From Raillietiella orientalis (Eukaryota), in contig JAYWIR010000015.1 in the NCBI GenBank assembly GCA_036172245.1, forward strand, positions 1,798,001-1,862,000: DNA of 64,000 nt, read 5' to 3'. Shown piece after piece: positions 62,600-64,000 of this stretch. Below the pieces are notes generated by a model. The model had not been told where the DNA came from. It worked only from the letters and a program-made list of their open reading frames with translations, and did no database searches. Numbering within the stretch: the first letter of the stretch is position 1; each line of letters begins with the position of its first letter. A program made the position numbers and the translations under genes.

Positions 62600-63526
62600 T
62601 GCACCATCGATTTCTTCTGTGGGAGGGAATGTGAAGTTCATGTTATCGCCCTACCTGGCTTCAGACCAAGAAGAAACTTCCGTGCGCGTGGATAACCCGT
62701 CAGCTCACGGACGCTGCGACCCCGCGTGTCTCGTGAAAAAAACTTTCACGTTAGGAATCGATCTGCTCGCAATCCCTCCGGAGGAGGTGAAGTGGCCCTC
62801 AAAGTGCCGGAACAGTGACACCGTCTCCCTCGAGTGGCAGGGGTCGGCGTTGCTGGTGATGCATGGGGGAATCCCATGCAAAGCGTGCCTTTATTCTTGG
62901 GTACGGGGAGCGTGGACATTCAGTACGGCAGATGCGGAGAGGAGGAGACTTTCTCGCACCTTCTGACATACTGCGCCGCCCTCCGACTCCTTTGGGCTCG
63001 TCTCTCGACGATCCTGGAAATCCCAGTAGCCGGCCCCAAGGGCATTTTTCGACGTCTCTTCATGAGTGGCGCTTGGCTGCCAGCAGCGTCTTTAGCAGTT
63101 CCCCTCTGTATCGGAGGAACCCTAGCAGCCTGAAACACGGGAATAAGAGGTCGGAATAGCAGGGACGCCATCCAGTGGGCGGCAGTCTTTTTGAAGACTG
63201 CCACCAGATGGCCCCACCTGGGTGAAGAAACAACGAAACTTGTCAGCATCTTGGACAGAACGTCTGGCACGAGACGAGAAGAGGACGTCTGGCGGCGAAA
63301 TGCGATCCCTTCCCCTATCCCGCCCCTCGCCTCAGAAAAAAACTCTCCCTCCTTTTCGGTTCTTTCTTCCCCGTCGCTGTGGAAAAAGACTTCGCCGGTC
63401 TACGTACCGGTCGTGGCAAGTTCCGAGCACGTAATACAACCAAGTGTTTTACCACACTTGAACATTCAAGTGTACTTTTATTATTATTTTTTAATAATAA
63501 ATACCCCGTGGGAACCGGGTGGAAAA
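62600..63526 (+). mobile_element. L1/Tx1-like lineage V 3' fragment
   Basis: 'MHGGIPCKA' and 'RCGEEETFSHLLTYCAALRLLW'. Terminus AATAAA (63496-63501)-TACCCCGTGGGAACC-GGGTGGAAAA. Confidence 0.8.
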
Positions 63527-64000
63527 TCTGACTTCAGGGAGACGATGATGTTGAGAAGCGCTACTTGAGTGGAGGGAACAGACATAATGGTTGAGGGAGT
63601 CCGGAGGTGGTCGAGCTGCGAGCTGGCTCAGTGCAGCACGGAGGGAAGTTGCGAATAGGCGAAGATTTCCGAAGTGACCCGCGCGCACGATTTTTGGTGA
63701 AGAAATGCCTGGAAACGAAGCTTCTCGACCGTGTTCTTTCGGGCAAGTCCATTTCTGACTCATTCTGGAAGCGGGACAAAAATTCTCCACGTTCCAGAAA
63801 GATGGGAGTTTTGAATACTCCGCTGGAAGGGAAAAAAAAAAAAGAGGCGAGCAAAAAAAATTTGCACGCAACTTTTGTCATAAGAAAAAAAAGAATTTCG
63901 TAGGTCGGCCAGCCAGAAAGCGGTCCCGAAATGCTCGCGCGCCTCTGCCGCTTGCCGTTTCCTAATGGAATGCACGAAAGTCTCAAACGATACTTCACCG

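Noticed and set aside
33593..63526. Target-site specificity of lineage V
   Set aside because: Sequences after the V tails share no evident consensus, and the hosts differ (Z, X and the tandem repeat).
1..64000. Prokaryotic operons, CRISPR array or phage/defence system
   Set aside because: There are no long gene-like ORFs and no regular repeat-spacer pattern. The content is eukaryotic TE debris.

Overview
This window is eukaryotic (probably metazoan or arthropod, by inference) repeat-dense DNA. I found no intact protein-coding gene, rRNA, functional tRNA or CRISPR array. Most of it is a nest of decayed, frameshifted transposable elements. (i) About 20 fragments are L1/Tx1-type non-LTR retrotransposons (RT, thumb, GGL and zf-RVT motifs). 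They fall into several lineages that I label V, X, Y, U and W. (ii) Five fossils are NeSL/Utopia-like restriction-endonuclease-type retrotransposons. (iii) Tc1/mariner, pogo and hAT remnants lie mostly in the AT-richer blocks, and there is one clean TA-flanked pogo-type MITE. The most notable structure involves the 3' terminus of V and Y elements, which share a fixed geometry, AATAAA-N15-GGGT(A)n. Lineage X sits antisense exactly at the N15|GGGT junction at two loci (11921/11922 and 24074/24075) and probably at a third (~8925). At one locus the split-off GGGTACAAAAA tail is recoverable on the far side of X. This suggests a LINE that specifically targets the 3' end of another LINE lineage. Also notable are a fold-back mariner derivative with two 3' ends, 598 bp of which is duplicated nearly identically in inverted orientation 40 kb away, and two perfect hairpins. 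All alignments and translations were done by eye, and most fossil boundaries are approximate (tens to ~100 bp) unless stated as exact.
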